A stretch of DNA of 64,000 nucleotides. Origin: Lama glama (lineage: Eukaryota). Numbering within the stretch: the stretch's first letter is position 1; the number at the start of each line of letters is the position of its first letter. The stretch lies in contig CM052817.1 of NCBI GenBank assembly GCA_028534125.1, positions 39,434,001-39,498,000 of the forward strand, written 5' to 3'. A program made the position numbers and the translations under genes. Below are positions 42,222 through 55,320 of the stretch, in pieces. The notes under the pieces are model-generated. The model ran no database searches and was not told where the DNA came from. It saw only the letters and a list, made by a program, of their open reading frames with translations.

Positions 42222-44049
42222 ATATCTATCTTAATAAGTTCAATTACTTCAGTGAATCATTCAGTCAAGACTCATGCTTTGCTCCAGCCCCTCACTTCAG
42301 GATATGCACCTTTTATAAAGGGCTATGTTTCTCTGACACAGATGTAGGAACTGAGTTTTTGTGGGACCTTGTAGGTGGATGTCAAACATAAAATAAATGC
42401 TGACTGAATCTTATGGAGAAATCAATTGTGTCAACCACAGATTTTCTGGGTCAGTAGGTTAGATGTAATAGAAGCAGTGACAGATGCCTAGGATGATGAC
42501 TCTTGCAGTCACCAATCAAGCCAGTCAAAAACAATGTTAAAAGAAACAGATACCCTACAACCAAAGAGATTAGAAGAAATGATGTGTTTTGTGCAATAAA
42601 TTAAATCTGTGATGCCATTAATGAACAGCCCTCATATTCCTCTAACATTCCTCCCCCTGCAAAATTACGCCCATCATGTCTGGGTAACGGTGCCGTGAGG
42701 TCAACCAAAGCCCATGGACTTAATACAGATTAATACTTTATAGTTCTTCGAGTGAGGGTTTTTTTTTTTCTTTTGATGAAGTCTTGATATCTATGCCCCA
42801 CATCCCCACTTTAACCCAACGATCGTCACATGAAAGAAGTGCTACCAGTGACAATTCAATTTGCTTTTTCAAGAATTTGCAAATGTAGGCAAAGTCGGCT
42901 GGGAATGATGCATCTTTTACACAACTTTTACATTAAGAAGACATGAGCTCTATTGGATTACTATCATAGAGGCAAGAACAGCAAAAACTAAAAATGACAT
43001 GTTACCTAATCATTACTTTGACAATAATTGTCAAGAACAGAATTTCTTTATAGATTTTGGACGTAGCCTTTGAAGCAAAAAAAGGACTCAGATGCTGTGT
43101 CGGCCTGAGCTAAAAGGATTTTAAAAATTTAATCTTTAAGAGAAGCTCCTGAGATACAGGCTAAAAGAGTTTATAAAGGTCATAAAAAAATTAACTTATC
43201 TTGCTGACTGAAGCTTTTTTAATGCACTCTAAGTTACAAAGGAATCGCATCTGGAGCCTTTAGGCCAATGGTCTACTATATTTTTCTCTCATTAGTAAGG
43301 ACAGCAAAAATCTGCATTGGGATTTTTACCACTGCAATCATCTCGGATTCATTAGTCTTCATGATTGAATATGAGGAGAGCACGGAGCCAGTGGTGCAGG
43401 AATATTTCGTACTTACCTCATTTGCTCACACCGCAGTTCCGGAGGCAGCCAGAGTCAGGAGGGGAGTGGGCCTGCTCCCAGGGCTCCACGCGGTTAAGAG
43501 TCAGTCTGACTTCCATCAGGCCCAACTGAAGGAAATAAATGCAATAAAAGGTCTTTAAGGCCAGGACTATTGCTTACATAAAGGAAAGTTCATACCTCGC
43601 TTGATACAGAGCATCAAAAACAAAATGGGAGGGGCCTCTACAGATGTCATTGGCACAGGGTCGGACCATTCCTGAGCATTACTCCAGGAGACCCAAGGGA
43701 AGGGAACGTCACCTTGTGAGCTTCAGCCCCCTCAAATATAGATTAGGAATAATCAAGAGGCCCTGCCTACCTCTCAGGGAATTGTAAGCCACGTATGAAA
43801 TACATTTAAGAACACTTTATTAGGATTAAGCCCCATATAAATATGGGCACTATCATCATATCGACCATGAAGACCATGATTATGCCTGAAAGATAGATAT
43901 ATGAATATAGTTATAGCTTAGTTTAAATTAACCTAGTAGACATACACAGGATTTTCTAAAACCAGGCGCCCTATTTTATCCTTTATCTGTTTAACGTCAA
44001 CGGTGCCAGGTACATAGCACATGCTTAATAAATATTTTTTAAATGAATA

Positions 44050-44929
44050 TGTTAGCAGACAGTGAGTCCCCTATATTAGGAAGCCCACCGAAGTGTGGGT
44101 CCTTGCCTCCAGCTGTGAAAGAATTCACGCAGCAGAGGCAGCGGAAGAATTGAACAGCCGTTTTATTGCTCAGAAGGGTAAATGCAAAGAATCACTTGAT
44201 GGGGCAGGGTAGCCGTCAACGAAGATGGCGATAGAGACAACTCCGTCTGCAGCTGGGGCCATGTGGACTTTTATGGGAGGCTTCCACCATCATGTCCTCC
44301 TTCCCAGTGTGCTGGAGCCAATCATTCCTTATATGGGCTTCTCAGTCCTCGTATGGGCTTTTCTGGTTGTTGTCATGGCAATCATCAACTGTTAAGGCGC
44401 TGGTGGGTATGTCGTTTAGCATGCACATACATTACAATGAGAGTACAGTGAGGCTCGAGGTCCACTGGAAGTCAAATCCTCCACCATCCTGGAGACCATT
44501 GGTTCTAACCAGTTCTTATTTCTTCTCTGCAGCTGCCTCCTGAGACTTAGATAAGAGTAATTGATTTCTGTTTGAGGGAGGGGTAGAGATATGATCCTGG
44601 GGGCAACAGCCTTGGTAACAAAAAGGCAAGTTGCTTTTAATCAGAATGCTTGCAATCTGGTGAACCCAGCATCTCCCCTAAATAAAAATGTCCAAAGATT
44701 CTGTTCAGCCATGAAAGTTTTAAAGGGAAATTGGGGGGAGCGGGGATAATCTCAGTTAATTGTTGAGATAGGTGGTCAGAATAATTGCCCTCCCCCAACG
44801 CCTGCAGGTTTGTCCTAATCAACTGCTTGAGCCCACTCTTCTGTGACCCATGGAGGCCTGGGAGACTTAAGCTCTTCCATAAACAAGAGGCAAGGGTTGA
44901 GGGTGGGCACAGGGTCCTGCTCAGTATCA
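44050..44929 (-). mobile_element. Composite ERV1-class LTR: full LTR 44050-44620 joined to a 3'-truncated second LTR 44621-44929
   Basis: Termini TGTTAG...GGTAACA and ...CAGTATCA, two poly(A) signals on the minus strand, AATA on both outer flanks. Confidence 0.75.
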
Positions 44930-45049
44930 AATAGATGATAATCATTTTATAAAGAGAATAACTTCAGGAATTTCTTAGGTAAAAAAATCCTCTTCCATGA
45001 TTAAAATAAGATTCGATTTTTAAAATCTGTCTATATGATTTACACTTAG

Positions 45050-45290
45050 GGAGGGTTTACAGCATAATGGATGGGAGAACAGAATGAAAGTCAGACTGCC
45101 TAAGTTTGAAGCCCAAATCCATCGCTTATTAGCCAGTGCATGTGACTTAACCTTCTTCCTCTTTTCTAATACAGAGGTAATAACAGTACCAACCTCTGTT
45201 GTTGATGTTAGGAGTAAACAGATCGTCCATGCAAAGTGTATAACACAGTGCTTGGGTCACGGAGGGTCCTTAATAAAAGTTGTGATTGAC
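45050..45290 (+). mobile_element. MIR SINE
   Basis: 'agtcagactgcctaagtttgaagccc...gtgacttaacc...gaggtaataacagtaccaacctc'. Confidence 0.8.
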
Positions 45291-47496
45291 GTTGTTTTAA
45301 CCGTAGCCGTGGTCCTTCTTCTTGTTGCTGCTGCTGTCATTAGATTCATCATTGTTTAAAAGTGCGCTTCAGCATAGGGAGAATTTCTCAGACAATTCAG
45401 GGACTAAGTCTGCCGGACTGGACGTTTAACATCACACTGACGCTTTCTGAGGCTCTCAAGATGAGAGGCTGACTTTCACTGCTGTCACTTGGCTCCTTAG
45501 GACTGACAAGGAAAGAGCCAATGAACACTTGTCAGACCTGTTAAAAAAAAAAATGCCCATAAAATTTTGTAACCCAGCTGCAGTACTGGTTTAGCCATTT
45601 ACTCTCAGGCTGAAGTCTTCTGTTAGCTGGAATTTTGATTGGACTGCCTCCCTTAACTTAAATTATTTTCCAAATTAAAAAACTTCCAATAAGCCAACCT
45701 TTAACAAGGAGGTCATGCGGGGGGTGCTTCTCTGAAGTAAATTGCATTCTTCTCATTTGTATTCATAACAAGATCCCCTAACAAGTGAGGATATTATATA
45801 GCTGGACAACAGGAAGCAATGTCTGTTAATCAGAAAATCCAGCATCATTTGCTTAGTAACTTTTTTGGTTAAAGATCCTGCTAGGATTTTTATTCATTTT
45901 GCTGAATTCTATGATTGTATCAGAGGTTCTTGGCATCCTTATTATTTATTACAACTTGCTCCACACAGGGGTCACTGTCTTCTAGCCTTTTTAATCATGA
46001 TGATGACAGTTGAGAATTGACACCGTACACCATTGTGTACTGTCAAATGCATAACAAATGCCTTAATCAGGCTTAAATAGCTTAAGAACTGCAACTATTT
46101 ATTGCAGGTCAAAGGCAGATTTCTAGGGATGGCCAGACGAGATGTGAGGACGCTGATTTCAATATACCCTCCCCCCCATGATATCATCTAATTTGATCAG
46201 TTGCTTCATTTTATATGTCTGTCTCTTTTACAGTAGCAGTAACCGAGATCAAACAATCTAGGGAGAGGCATCAAGTAGAAGTAATAGCCGGATTATACTA
46301 GCTGTTTTATCAGGTTAATAAATTTATAAAATCAGAAACTTGACAGACAAATTAAATATAGCTCATTCCCTTAATAGGCTGAGGAATCTTCAGAGAGAAC
46401 AAGGGCCTTTTAGCACTTGTTAAGTGATAAATAGACTACAATTGCAGCACCTACGTTTCCTTCTCTGATTCTTAGAGCAGAGAAGAAATTTTCAAAATGG
46501 AGTCCTCAGTCCCTCCATAGTCACAATTTCTAGGCTTTATCCGATTTCTCCCAAACTGGAAGCAACGCTCTCTAAAAGCTGGTACAAGTCAAGTGTTAGC
46601 AAACAGGCTCATGGTGATCACCAAAGAATCATTTTCTGTTTCCCACTAAAATAGTGTATTTCATACTCAGAGGCAGAGATAGTAGGCAGCACATTCCACA
46701 CCGTCTGACAGGTAGGATTAACTACATCAAGACTCTGTTTCAAAACTAAAAGGGTACTTGTTGCTCCTTAATACTTTTAAAGCAAATTCTTTGTGTCTGC
46801 TCTGAGTATGCCAAGGTGGGAGGGCATTTATTTCCACAGCAGGAGGCCCGTGGCAACACTCCGTCGCTGGGACATTGCATTTATTATGCTAAATGACCGA
46901 TGCACAGTTAATCACTGGGCCTGAGAGATGGCGTCGGGGGCGGCACTGGCTTCCTCTGTATGAGTATTGACAGGCTGGCTTGGAGATCAGCCTGCCTGGG
47001 GTTTCAGTCAATTAGAAAACACCTGATCCATGAAGTGGACTGACTGTACTTTCAAAATAAACTTGGATTGGACTAGATGCTGTTCTATTCCAATATGAAT
47101 CTTTAAGTCGTGATCAACGAGGTCAGTGTACCTGCAGTTATCCACTTGTTCTATGTGGGACATGCTACACTCTGGCTCTCTGTGACGGCTTCTAAAAATA
47201 TTAGAGGAACAATCAGCATGATAAATGCCAACAACTTTTATGTTGATTTTATAACCACAACAACCATTTAGAAACATTTCATTTCTCCTCTTTCTTCCAG
47301 CTCAGAATAAGTCCCTCAACATTATCCAAATGACTGTGTGAAATGGGGAGACTACAAGAGCAGGTGCCTATAAATTACGTTTTGAGCAACCAACCATTCT
47401 GTTCTATGAAAGCATCCAGCTTTTCCAGATACAGGAAAAAATGATGTAAAGGTTTTGAGCTTTAATTGTTATCGTCTAAGATTTTTCTGTTCACCC

Positions 47497-48003
47497 TATC
47501 AAAACCGAAGAAAGTTTTCCTTGACCATCGTAGGGTCCCTGGCTGGGTCTGCAAAGAAAAATTGATGAAGAAAGATTAACAGGACAAAAGCATACAGATT
47601 TATTTAATATAAGTTTTATATGACATGGGAGACTTCAAGAAGAAATAAGGACCCAAAGAAACAGAACTGAGTATTTATTTCATGCTAGGTTTGAGGAAGA
47701 GTGGACAGTTTGGAGGAATATGCAAGGTCACAGAGTACAAAGTAATTATAGTAATTTGGGGAAACTTAGCAAAGCTTATTTGTTAGGCTCCTTCTTGATG
47801 TCCCTTTGCCTTCAGAGATAAGGATGCTCCAGATATAGGGAGGGCCCCTCTCATATGAGGGTTTTATGGCCTGTGTCAGGGGAGAAGGGTAGGGTAGGGG
47901 GTAGGTGACCTTCTTCCTTTTGCCATTTTTCAAACTCCTTCAGTTTAAATATGCAATATGCAAAGGTGCCATAGTGTGGGACAGCTTGTCCTGAAGCCCA
48001 TCA
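47497..48003 (-). mobile_element. ERV1-class solo LTR (MER4/MER34-group-like)
   Basis: Minus start TGATGGGCTTCAGGAC...TATGGCACCTTTGCATATTG. 4-bp TSD ACCC at 47493-47496 and 48004-48007. AATAAA on the minus strand near 47600. Confidence 0.82.
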
Positions 48004-48074
48004 ACCCTCCCCTGTTGCTCACCATCCTGTGGTTGTCTTGTGGATTCTATGTGTATGATGCTCTGTCCCTCCTT

Positions 48075-48601
48075 GTCTATTCCCACTGCCACTCCCCTGG
48101 TTTAGGCCTTCGTTACTGCTCTCCAGGGCTCAGCAGCCTCCTTAATACCAGTCTTCCAGCTCTTTAATCTACTTTATATGCTATGATCACATTAATCTTC
48201 TTAAAGTATAAATTAGATTATGTCATTTCCTTGCTCAAAAATCTTTAATGGCTCCATATTGCTTAATTTTAAAAGTCTGAACTGCTTAGTCCAGTGTTCA
48301 GCAGCCATCCCCCATCCCATCTACCTTTCAATCTTCTGTCCCTTTAGTGGAATTAATCGCTATTCATCACTACACAGTGTCTACACGGGATTTCCCTTTC
48401 CACGTGTTTGGCCATGCCCTTCTCCACCCACACTGCATTTCCCTTTCCTGCCCAAATTTATTTTGCATCACCAAATCCTGCCGGCTCTTCCTTCTCTAAT
48501 GTCCTCCAATTGGATGTAATGTGTCCTCATGCTACAGAGAACTGGATCTATGTGTCTTACAACACTCTACCTTGAATGGTGGTTCTCTGTATCTCATATG
48601 C

Positions 48602-48649
<48 letters not shown>

Positions 48650-48800
48650 ATTTATTTATTTATCTTTATTTATATTACCTAAATTCCTTGAAAGTAGAAT
48701 CTAGATTTAATTCATTTGTACATCCCTCTTAGTACCTATCTCAGTGACTGGCATATTGTATCCATTTAATAAATATTTATTGATGTGTTCCATTCAAAAA
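48075..48800 (+). mobile_element. L2 LINE 3' region, degenerate
   Basis: 'cagcagcctcct...attatgtcatttccttgctcaaaaatctttaatggctcc' and tail 'cagtgactggcatattg...aataaatatttattga'. Confidence 0.75.
48605..48646. repeat. (TG)21 microsatellite
   Basis: Direct reading. Confidence 0.97.
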
Positions 48801-51131
48801 TGAGTGGATGGTTCCTAATTTACTATCTTTAAAGCATCATAAATTTACTTTTTCAGACACCTGCTTTCACCTATTCAGAGCTTGAAGCATTCCAGATTCT
48901 AACAGCTGTTCATGGACAGCTGGGAGGAATCACAATGCAGATACCAAATCATCAGTATAGCTCTCAAGCTCACATCTTCACCTGGTTATGCGTTCCAGAC
49001 AGCTGTGCCTTCTTGGAAATGCACTTGGCTTCGGAAGCAGGCCCTGTCTGTAGTACCTCTGTAGCATTCCAGAATAAACACGACGGGCCTTGATGTAGAG
49101 TAGAGTTTGTGCAAGTTTGTAATTTGTTTATGTTCTTTGGGGACTTCGGGGGGACTCATTTTGCATTTGTAACAATGCTTCTTAGGGCCTCATTCAATTT
49201 CAGATCACACTGATTTTACTTTTAGTGAAAAAATAGTGCAGACCCTGTGATGGCGAAAAGATGAGTGAAGAAAATGTATAACTCAGCATATGCTGGAGGC
49301 CAGAAACAAGACCCAATGATGCATATTTAGGCTCACTTTTCCTGAACTGAATGAATGTTCTGCATCCAAATGTACATTAACTTTATCTGTTGAGCCATTT
49401 TTTAAACTTGTCTGCTCTGAGATTTTTCTTAGCATTCTCTTGGGACTGTGACCAGAGGTAGAGCATTACTGAATATCCATGTTTCCTCATCTCCCACGGT
49501 GTATTTTATTCCATGCCCTTTGTTTTGTTTCTTTCCACCTGATTACTCATATGTACCCTTTTCCTGTACTCTATGTTGGGTGGGGGTAGATGGAGAAAGA
49601 AAATAAATATGCCCACGGTTGTCGCTAGTAGACACCAGTTTATAAATAGCACTGGTTTGACTGTGCACTGGTTTTCTGAATACAGGAAGGTCAAGAAAAA
49701 CATTTTCTTTTGAAATGAAAAAAGGAGGTTAAAACAAGAGTTTTAATAACAGGCTTGACACAGAGCAGTGTAATACCAACATGAATTACACTTGGTACCA
49801 GACTTTTATTGGAAGTCTTAGATTGCTTTGTTCCTGTCCCTGACATAATATTCAGAGTTGGGTTTATATTTGTCCAGAAGGGAGCTGCTTGCTATAGTCC
49901 ATGCAAATCAAATGCTTGATTTATGCGCCATTCTACTGGAGGGTGTAACATTAAATTTAATTTTGCGAGGAAAGCCTGAGGTGTTTCAATGCCTGGGCCT
50001 GACATTGTGAACTAGGCAGAGAGGTGCACAAGAATTCATCACAGTTTCCAATATGCGAAATGCAGCATTTGAATGAAACATTTGTCTCTTGTCAAAAAGG
50101 CGGAATGTCTGTTCTTGGTAAAATATTTCTACCCCCACCCCTCAGGACACACCCAGCACATTTTTGGCCTTCATCATAGATCTCGATGAAAGATGAGTGA
50201 CTACAGGCATTTTGTGGACTGAGGGGGACATCGAAAAACAGCTGTCTGTGAAACGCTCAATAATCAGTAATATCAACCCCACCGTCTTCACCTTGACTGC
50301 TGAACGTTGCCACAGAAGGTCCGTGTGACTGTGCTCATCAGCCAGATGACAAGTTTGAGATGGTTCATCCTTAGCTGGATGTGAGTCGCCTATCCTGCTG
50401 CTCATCACTGGTTGGCTCCCTTTCTAATTCCCCTACAGCGACTACTCAGCACTTACCCACGCAGAATCACAAGCTCAATGCCGAACCCTCAGGCTCAGCA
50501 GAAATTCTGCCGTTTACTTCCAGAAGACCAAGAGTCCTCAGAAAGCAACACCATCAGCATTCCTTCCACGTGTTCCATACGCTTCTGCTAGTGGTGTTGG
50601 TCCTCCATTGCTCACGGAAGAGCGTCCACCCCCTTTAAAATGCAGGTAAGGCCTTTAGTAACCTGCCTTGCCCTTGCCTTCCAGCCTCATCTCTTTCATA
50701 TCCCACCTGGACTCTTGGCCTTCCGAGCTGTATCACGGCCCCTGCTGGCCCCCAGCCTGGAATGACTTTCCCTACTCCACCACTAGCAACGTCTACTTCT
50801 CTGTGAAGCTCTCCTCTGTCAAGAGAGACTAGCTTACTCCATTCATAGCCCTAGTATAAAAACAATATTATGTTATTTTTCCTGGACCTGGCTTGCCCAC
50901 CAGTTTTAAGTGCATCTTACTTAATTTTGGATCACCCAGAGCACCCAACACAGAATCTGATACCTACTAGGCACTCAATCAGTGCTTCTGAAGTTAGACT
51001 GAATTCAATGATCACTGTGATAGCCAGAGGGAAACAAATGTGTGTGAGGCAAAAAGAATCTACATTATCCCAATTTTTCCTACACTTAGCCAAACTAATA
51101 TAAGGTGAGCCAAATCATAGACCCAAACTTC

Positions 51132-51738
51132 CTTTTTTTTTTTTTTTGTATTCGTGAATAGTGAGTCTTTATGGGATAATTCCATTCTCCTAAATTCTTC
51201 CTTTGTCTCTTTTTTTCTAACATTTTTTATTGATTTATAATCATTTTACAATGTTGTGTCACATTCCAATGTAGAGCACAATTTTTCAGTTATACATGAA
51301 TATATATATATATTCATTGTCACATTTTTTTCTCTGTGAGATACCGTAAGATCCTGTGTACACTTCCCTGTGCTATACAGTATAATCTTGTTTATCCACT
51401 CTACAATTTTGAAATCCCGTCTATCCCTTCCCATCCTCCACCTCCTTGGCAACCACAAGTTTGTATTCTGTGTCTATGAGTCTGTTTCTGTTTTGTATTT
51501 ATGCTTTGTTTGTTTGTTTTTGGTTTTTTTTAGATTCCACATATGAGTGATCTTATATGGTATTTTTCTTTCTCTTTCTGGCTTACTTCACTTAGAATGA
51601 CATTCTCTAGGAGCATCCATGTTGCTGCAAATGGCGTTATGTTGTCGGCTTTTATGGCTGAGTAATATTCCATTGTATAAATATATCGCATCTTCTTTAT
51701 CCAGTCATCTGTTGATGGACATTTAGGCTATCTCCATG
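51132..51738 (-). mobile_element. 5'-truncated young L1 with extra 3' segment and 16-bp TSD
   Basis: L1 3' end at ~51210-51738, poly(T) at 51133-51147, TSD CATAGACCCAAACTTC at 51116-51131 and 51739-51754. Confidence 0.94.
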
Positions 51739-53631
51739 CATAGACCCAAACTTCTGTCTTTAGAAATTCTAGATCTGGAGCCTGGCAGTGGCAGAAATCA
51801 ACTGTCCTTTTGAGCTTTCTCTTTAATTATGTATGCATTTGTTTCAACCTATGAAATAAATACAGATGTTCCAAGTTTAAAACGTATTTTAATTTCCCAG
51901 TTTTTTTTAAAGTTTACATGAAAATAGGACTTGTTTTACTCCAATTTCCTGAGGAATCTTTCCTTACATACATGTGTCCTAAGACTCTCTTGGTCTAAAT
52001 AGTCAGAAATCTTGATAGTCAAGTTTCACTATTTAAATATTTAATCATACCTTTAACTAATATTGAGTACTTAAATAATATAAATTCTTTCGACTCAACC
52101 AGGCTGACACAAGTTATTTAAAAATAACCACATCCTATGTGTGAACTATATCTAAATACTATGCCTATCAAAGTTCCATTGAAATATCTTTATTTACATT
52201 TTGTGTTGCCTTTTACTATGAAATCTGGGAGACTAACGTTTAATTCTGGACTTAAAATGAAAGTGAGAACATATTAGCATCCCATTCTTGCCTTTATTCA
52301 ATAAAAATAGGTGAGAGAAGGGCAAAGCCCTTTTTTTAAATGCCAGTCAGAAGCAATAAAATCACCATTCCAAACTGTGTGGCCAGTGGCCAAAAGTGAC
52401 GAAAGAGATCCTGGTGTGGTGTGCAAGTCTGTGGACAGAAGAAACCAGGTCAAAAGAAAGAAACTCACTGAAATGTTGTATCTTCAAATACTTGTTCAAA
52501 ACAAAAGTACTCTGTCAGTTCATTATTGCCCTGTCCCTCAGTTTTATTCTCCACTCCACCTCCCCAGCATATACACACAGACACACAGACACACATGCAC
52601 ACCAGCTTCAACATCATTGATTCCAAGAGTTTGTAGGGTCTCTTGTCTATTGGGAGGTAAGTGAAAAGCAGGTCCTAGTTACATAAGCCCATGAAGGAAG
52701 GGAAGTCCATCTGCATTCTGAAACCGAAATGCAATAGCCTGTAGGAATGAAGTCACTAGACTAGAAATCAGAATTCTAGGATCAGCTCTGCCGTGCAGCA
52801 AGCTAAACATGTCAACTCAGACTAGTCCTTTCACTCTCTGAGTCTGTTTCTTCATGTTATGCTGGAACAGTTGGAGACAATATTCCCCTGTACTAAGGAG
52901 AAAAGATATTAGAGATAAAGGGAAAGAAAAGCTCTGCAGAGAGAATGAGCTGGTACAGTGAAGAGACTGTTAATGAATAAGTTAAGAAAAATAAGGTTAA
53001 AGTGGAAGTGAAACCAGATTCTGGAAGGTGTTAAAAGCTGAGCTAGAGTTGGGAAGCTAGAACAGAAGGAATTGCTTTAAAATAGAGTTTCAATCTGATA
53101 ATCCTATTAGTTAACTTCATTGTGGACAGAGAGGTGTGGTAACAGGAACATGAGAGGATGAAAATAATTAGAATACTAGTTGTAAAGATGAATTGCTAGG
53201 CAGCAAGTTCAGGGAAATCAAATATTTTCCATAATGCAAATCTGTTCAACTAAACTTGAGCGATGGCAAAGAATAATTAAAGGCTATTAAAGGGGACCCC
53301 CCTAGGACTCAAATCATCCTTTATAATTGGGCTGCTTTCATGGATTTTCTTGGGAATCTGAGTTACTATGCAATTAAAGGTACCTATCATGTGAATTCAG
53401 ACCCAATCCAGTCTCTTGTGCATCCAGAGTTAGAATGACATGTAGATGATGTAGCTCTTTTTAAAAATACTGCTAATGGGATAAACCCAACGTTCACTTA
53501 AACTGGAAGATCAGTCTCTGAAATACATATTTTTATAGCATTTGCTTAAACCCATGAAGTAATTGTCTTTGTTGATTGACACACTTCTATCGTACCCTTA
53601 ACAACTATTAGACAAAGAAGGGCGACTACTG

Positions 53632-53880
53632 CTTATTTTTTATTGAGTGTTTTCCTTGTGCCAGGCATTGTTTAGGCACTTGACACGCACTATCTCATTT
53701 AATCATTACAAAAATCTCTGTGAGGCACATACTATTATTATCCTCACTTCACAGATGAAGATACTCTGCACAGAGAGACTCAGTAATTTGCCCACATTTG
53801 TACCAAGAATCAGTGACAGACCTGGGAACCCAATGCTGCGGATTGGGTCCAGAGTCATTTCTCACTTCTAAATACACTGC
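53632..53880 (-). mobile_element. MIR SINE
   Basis: 'ttattgagtgtttt...tgtgccaggcattg...tattattatcctcacttcacagatgaagatact...gtaatttgccca'. Confidence 0.88.
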
Positions 53881-55119
53881 CTCCCATCTGAAAGGGTTGG
53901 ACCCCAGGGGCAGCCCGTGTTTTCTCTCCGCATCTACTCCACCCCCAACAAGAACAATTGCTGATGTGTCAGCTCACTTAGAGACCAAGAACGTTACAGA
54001 AGGCGCAGATTTTTGTTACCCTTGTAACAGAATGCTCTATTAGAGATTAAACTTATCACACCAGAACTCAAATCAGTCAGCATTTCAACAAAAGACCTGT
54101 TCCCAGCAGCACACCACGGGTGGATGGTACCAATGGTCCACCTTAGTCAATAATAAATACTCTTCCCAGAAAACTCTTGCTGTTCTATGTTTACAACATT
54201 TTCTGCAGATGGTGTTGTGCTTTAATAATATATATTTAAGTTTCAAATAATTACATTTGTATTTCTTATCCTTTGATAAACATTATATTCTACACAGAAG
54301 TTAATTCAGAGAACTCCAATTACATAAGTCAGTTCAAACTTGCTGTGGCACAGTTTGTGTGGTTCACCCCTGTGATACTACATATGTCTGTCTTGAAACA
54401 GTAGATTCTAAATAAACAATAATAGCACAGAGATTGTAAAGACAAAGAAATAGAGCTTGAGTTAGTTTAATTATACCATCCATTCCAAAGCAGTAGATTA
54501 AATCATGCCAGTGTTTACTATCATTCAGAAAATGTATAATTTTTGCAGAAGATGAAAACCTCAGAAGTTTTTACAGAATATAATATAACCAGAGCAGAAT
54601 TGCTTACTTGAGTCTGTTGGGAAGGAACAGGTCTAACACAAAAAGAAGGGGGTGTAGAGGATTTGCTTTAGGTTGAAAAATCTTGGGTTGAGTAGGACTT
54701 TTATGTTGTATCTTCTAAACTTTTCTCATGCTCCAGCAAGTCCCCAAACACCCATAAGGGAGGCTGTGATGTTCTTAAGACCTATGATACCCAGTGACCA
54801 TGAGACCAGCTATTCCGTCAGTGAACTGGGTTTCCCTGCAGCCCTGTGCGCACATCAACAGCTACAAACACAAACACAGCTGTCAGGCTGAATGGACTAT
54901 TTCTCCATTTCTCCTCTTCCTCATTCCACTCACAAACAAACTGCTGAGATCAAAAAGTAACTTAAATGTCCTGGCATAAAAGCCACACAATCAGCTGGGA
55001 CTCTAGTCTCCTTTCCTTTGTGTTTCATCAAAAAGAACTGGGATGCAGAGATAAACAAATATTTGGTCCATTTTAGAAATCCTGTTTGCTGAGAAAGCAC
55101 CAGGGCAAAGGGCAAACTT

Positions 55120-55320
55120 TACTAGATTTTAAGGCAGGAGATCTAGGTTCCAGTCATACTTTAGTTACTGCCATAAGTTTGAGTAGGTCAAATTCTTACT
55201 AGGAAAAAGGTTTCCCATCTGCAAAATAACCTTAATACCCTCAGGTGGTTACCATGAAGGTAAAATTAAACAATACGTTGTAGAAACATAAGGAATCATA
55301 TAAACATAAAATAATATTGT
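55120..55320 (+). mobile_element. MIR SINE
   Basis: 'aggcaggagatctaggttccagtc...tttcccatctgcaaaata'. Confidence 0.65.

Noticed and set aside
47008..47277. 89-aa minus ORF with a possible acceptor near 47190
   Set aside because: Translation not recognised and the donor is weak; cannot be supported as a coding exon.
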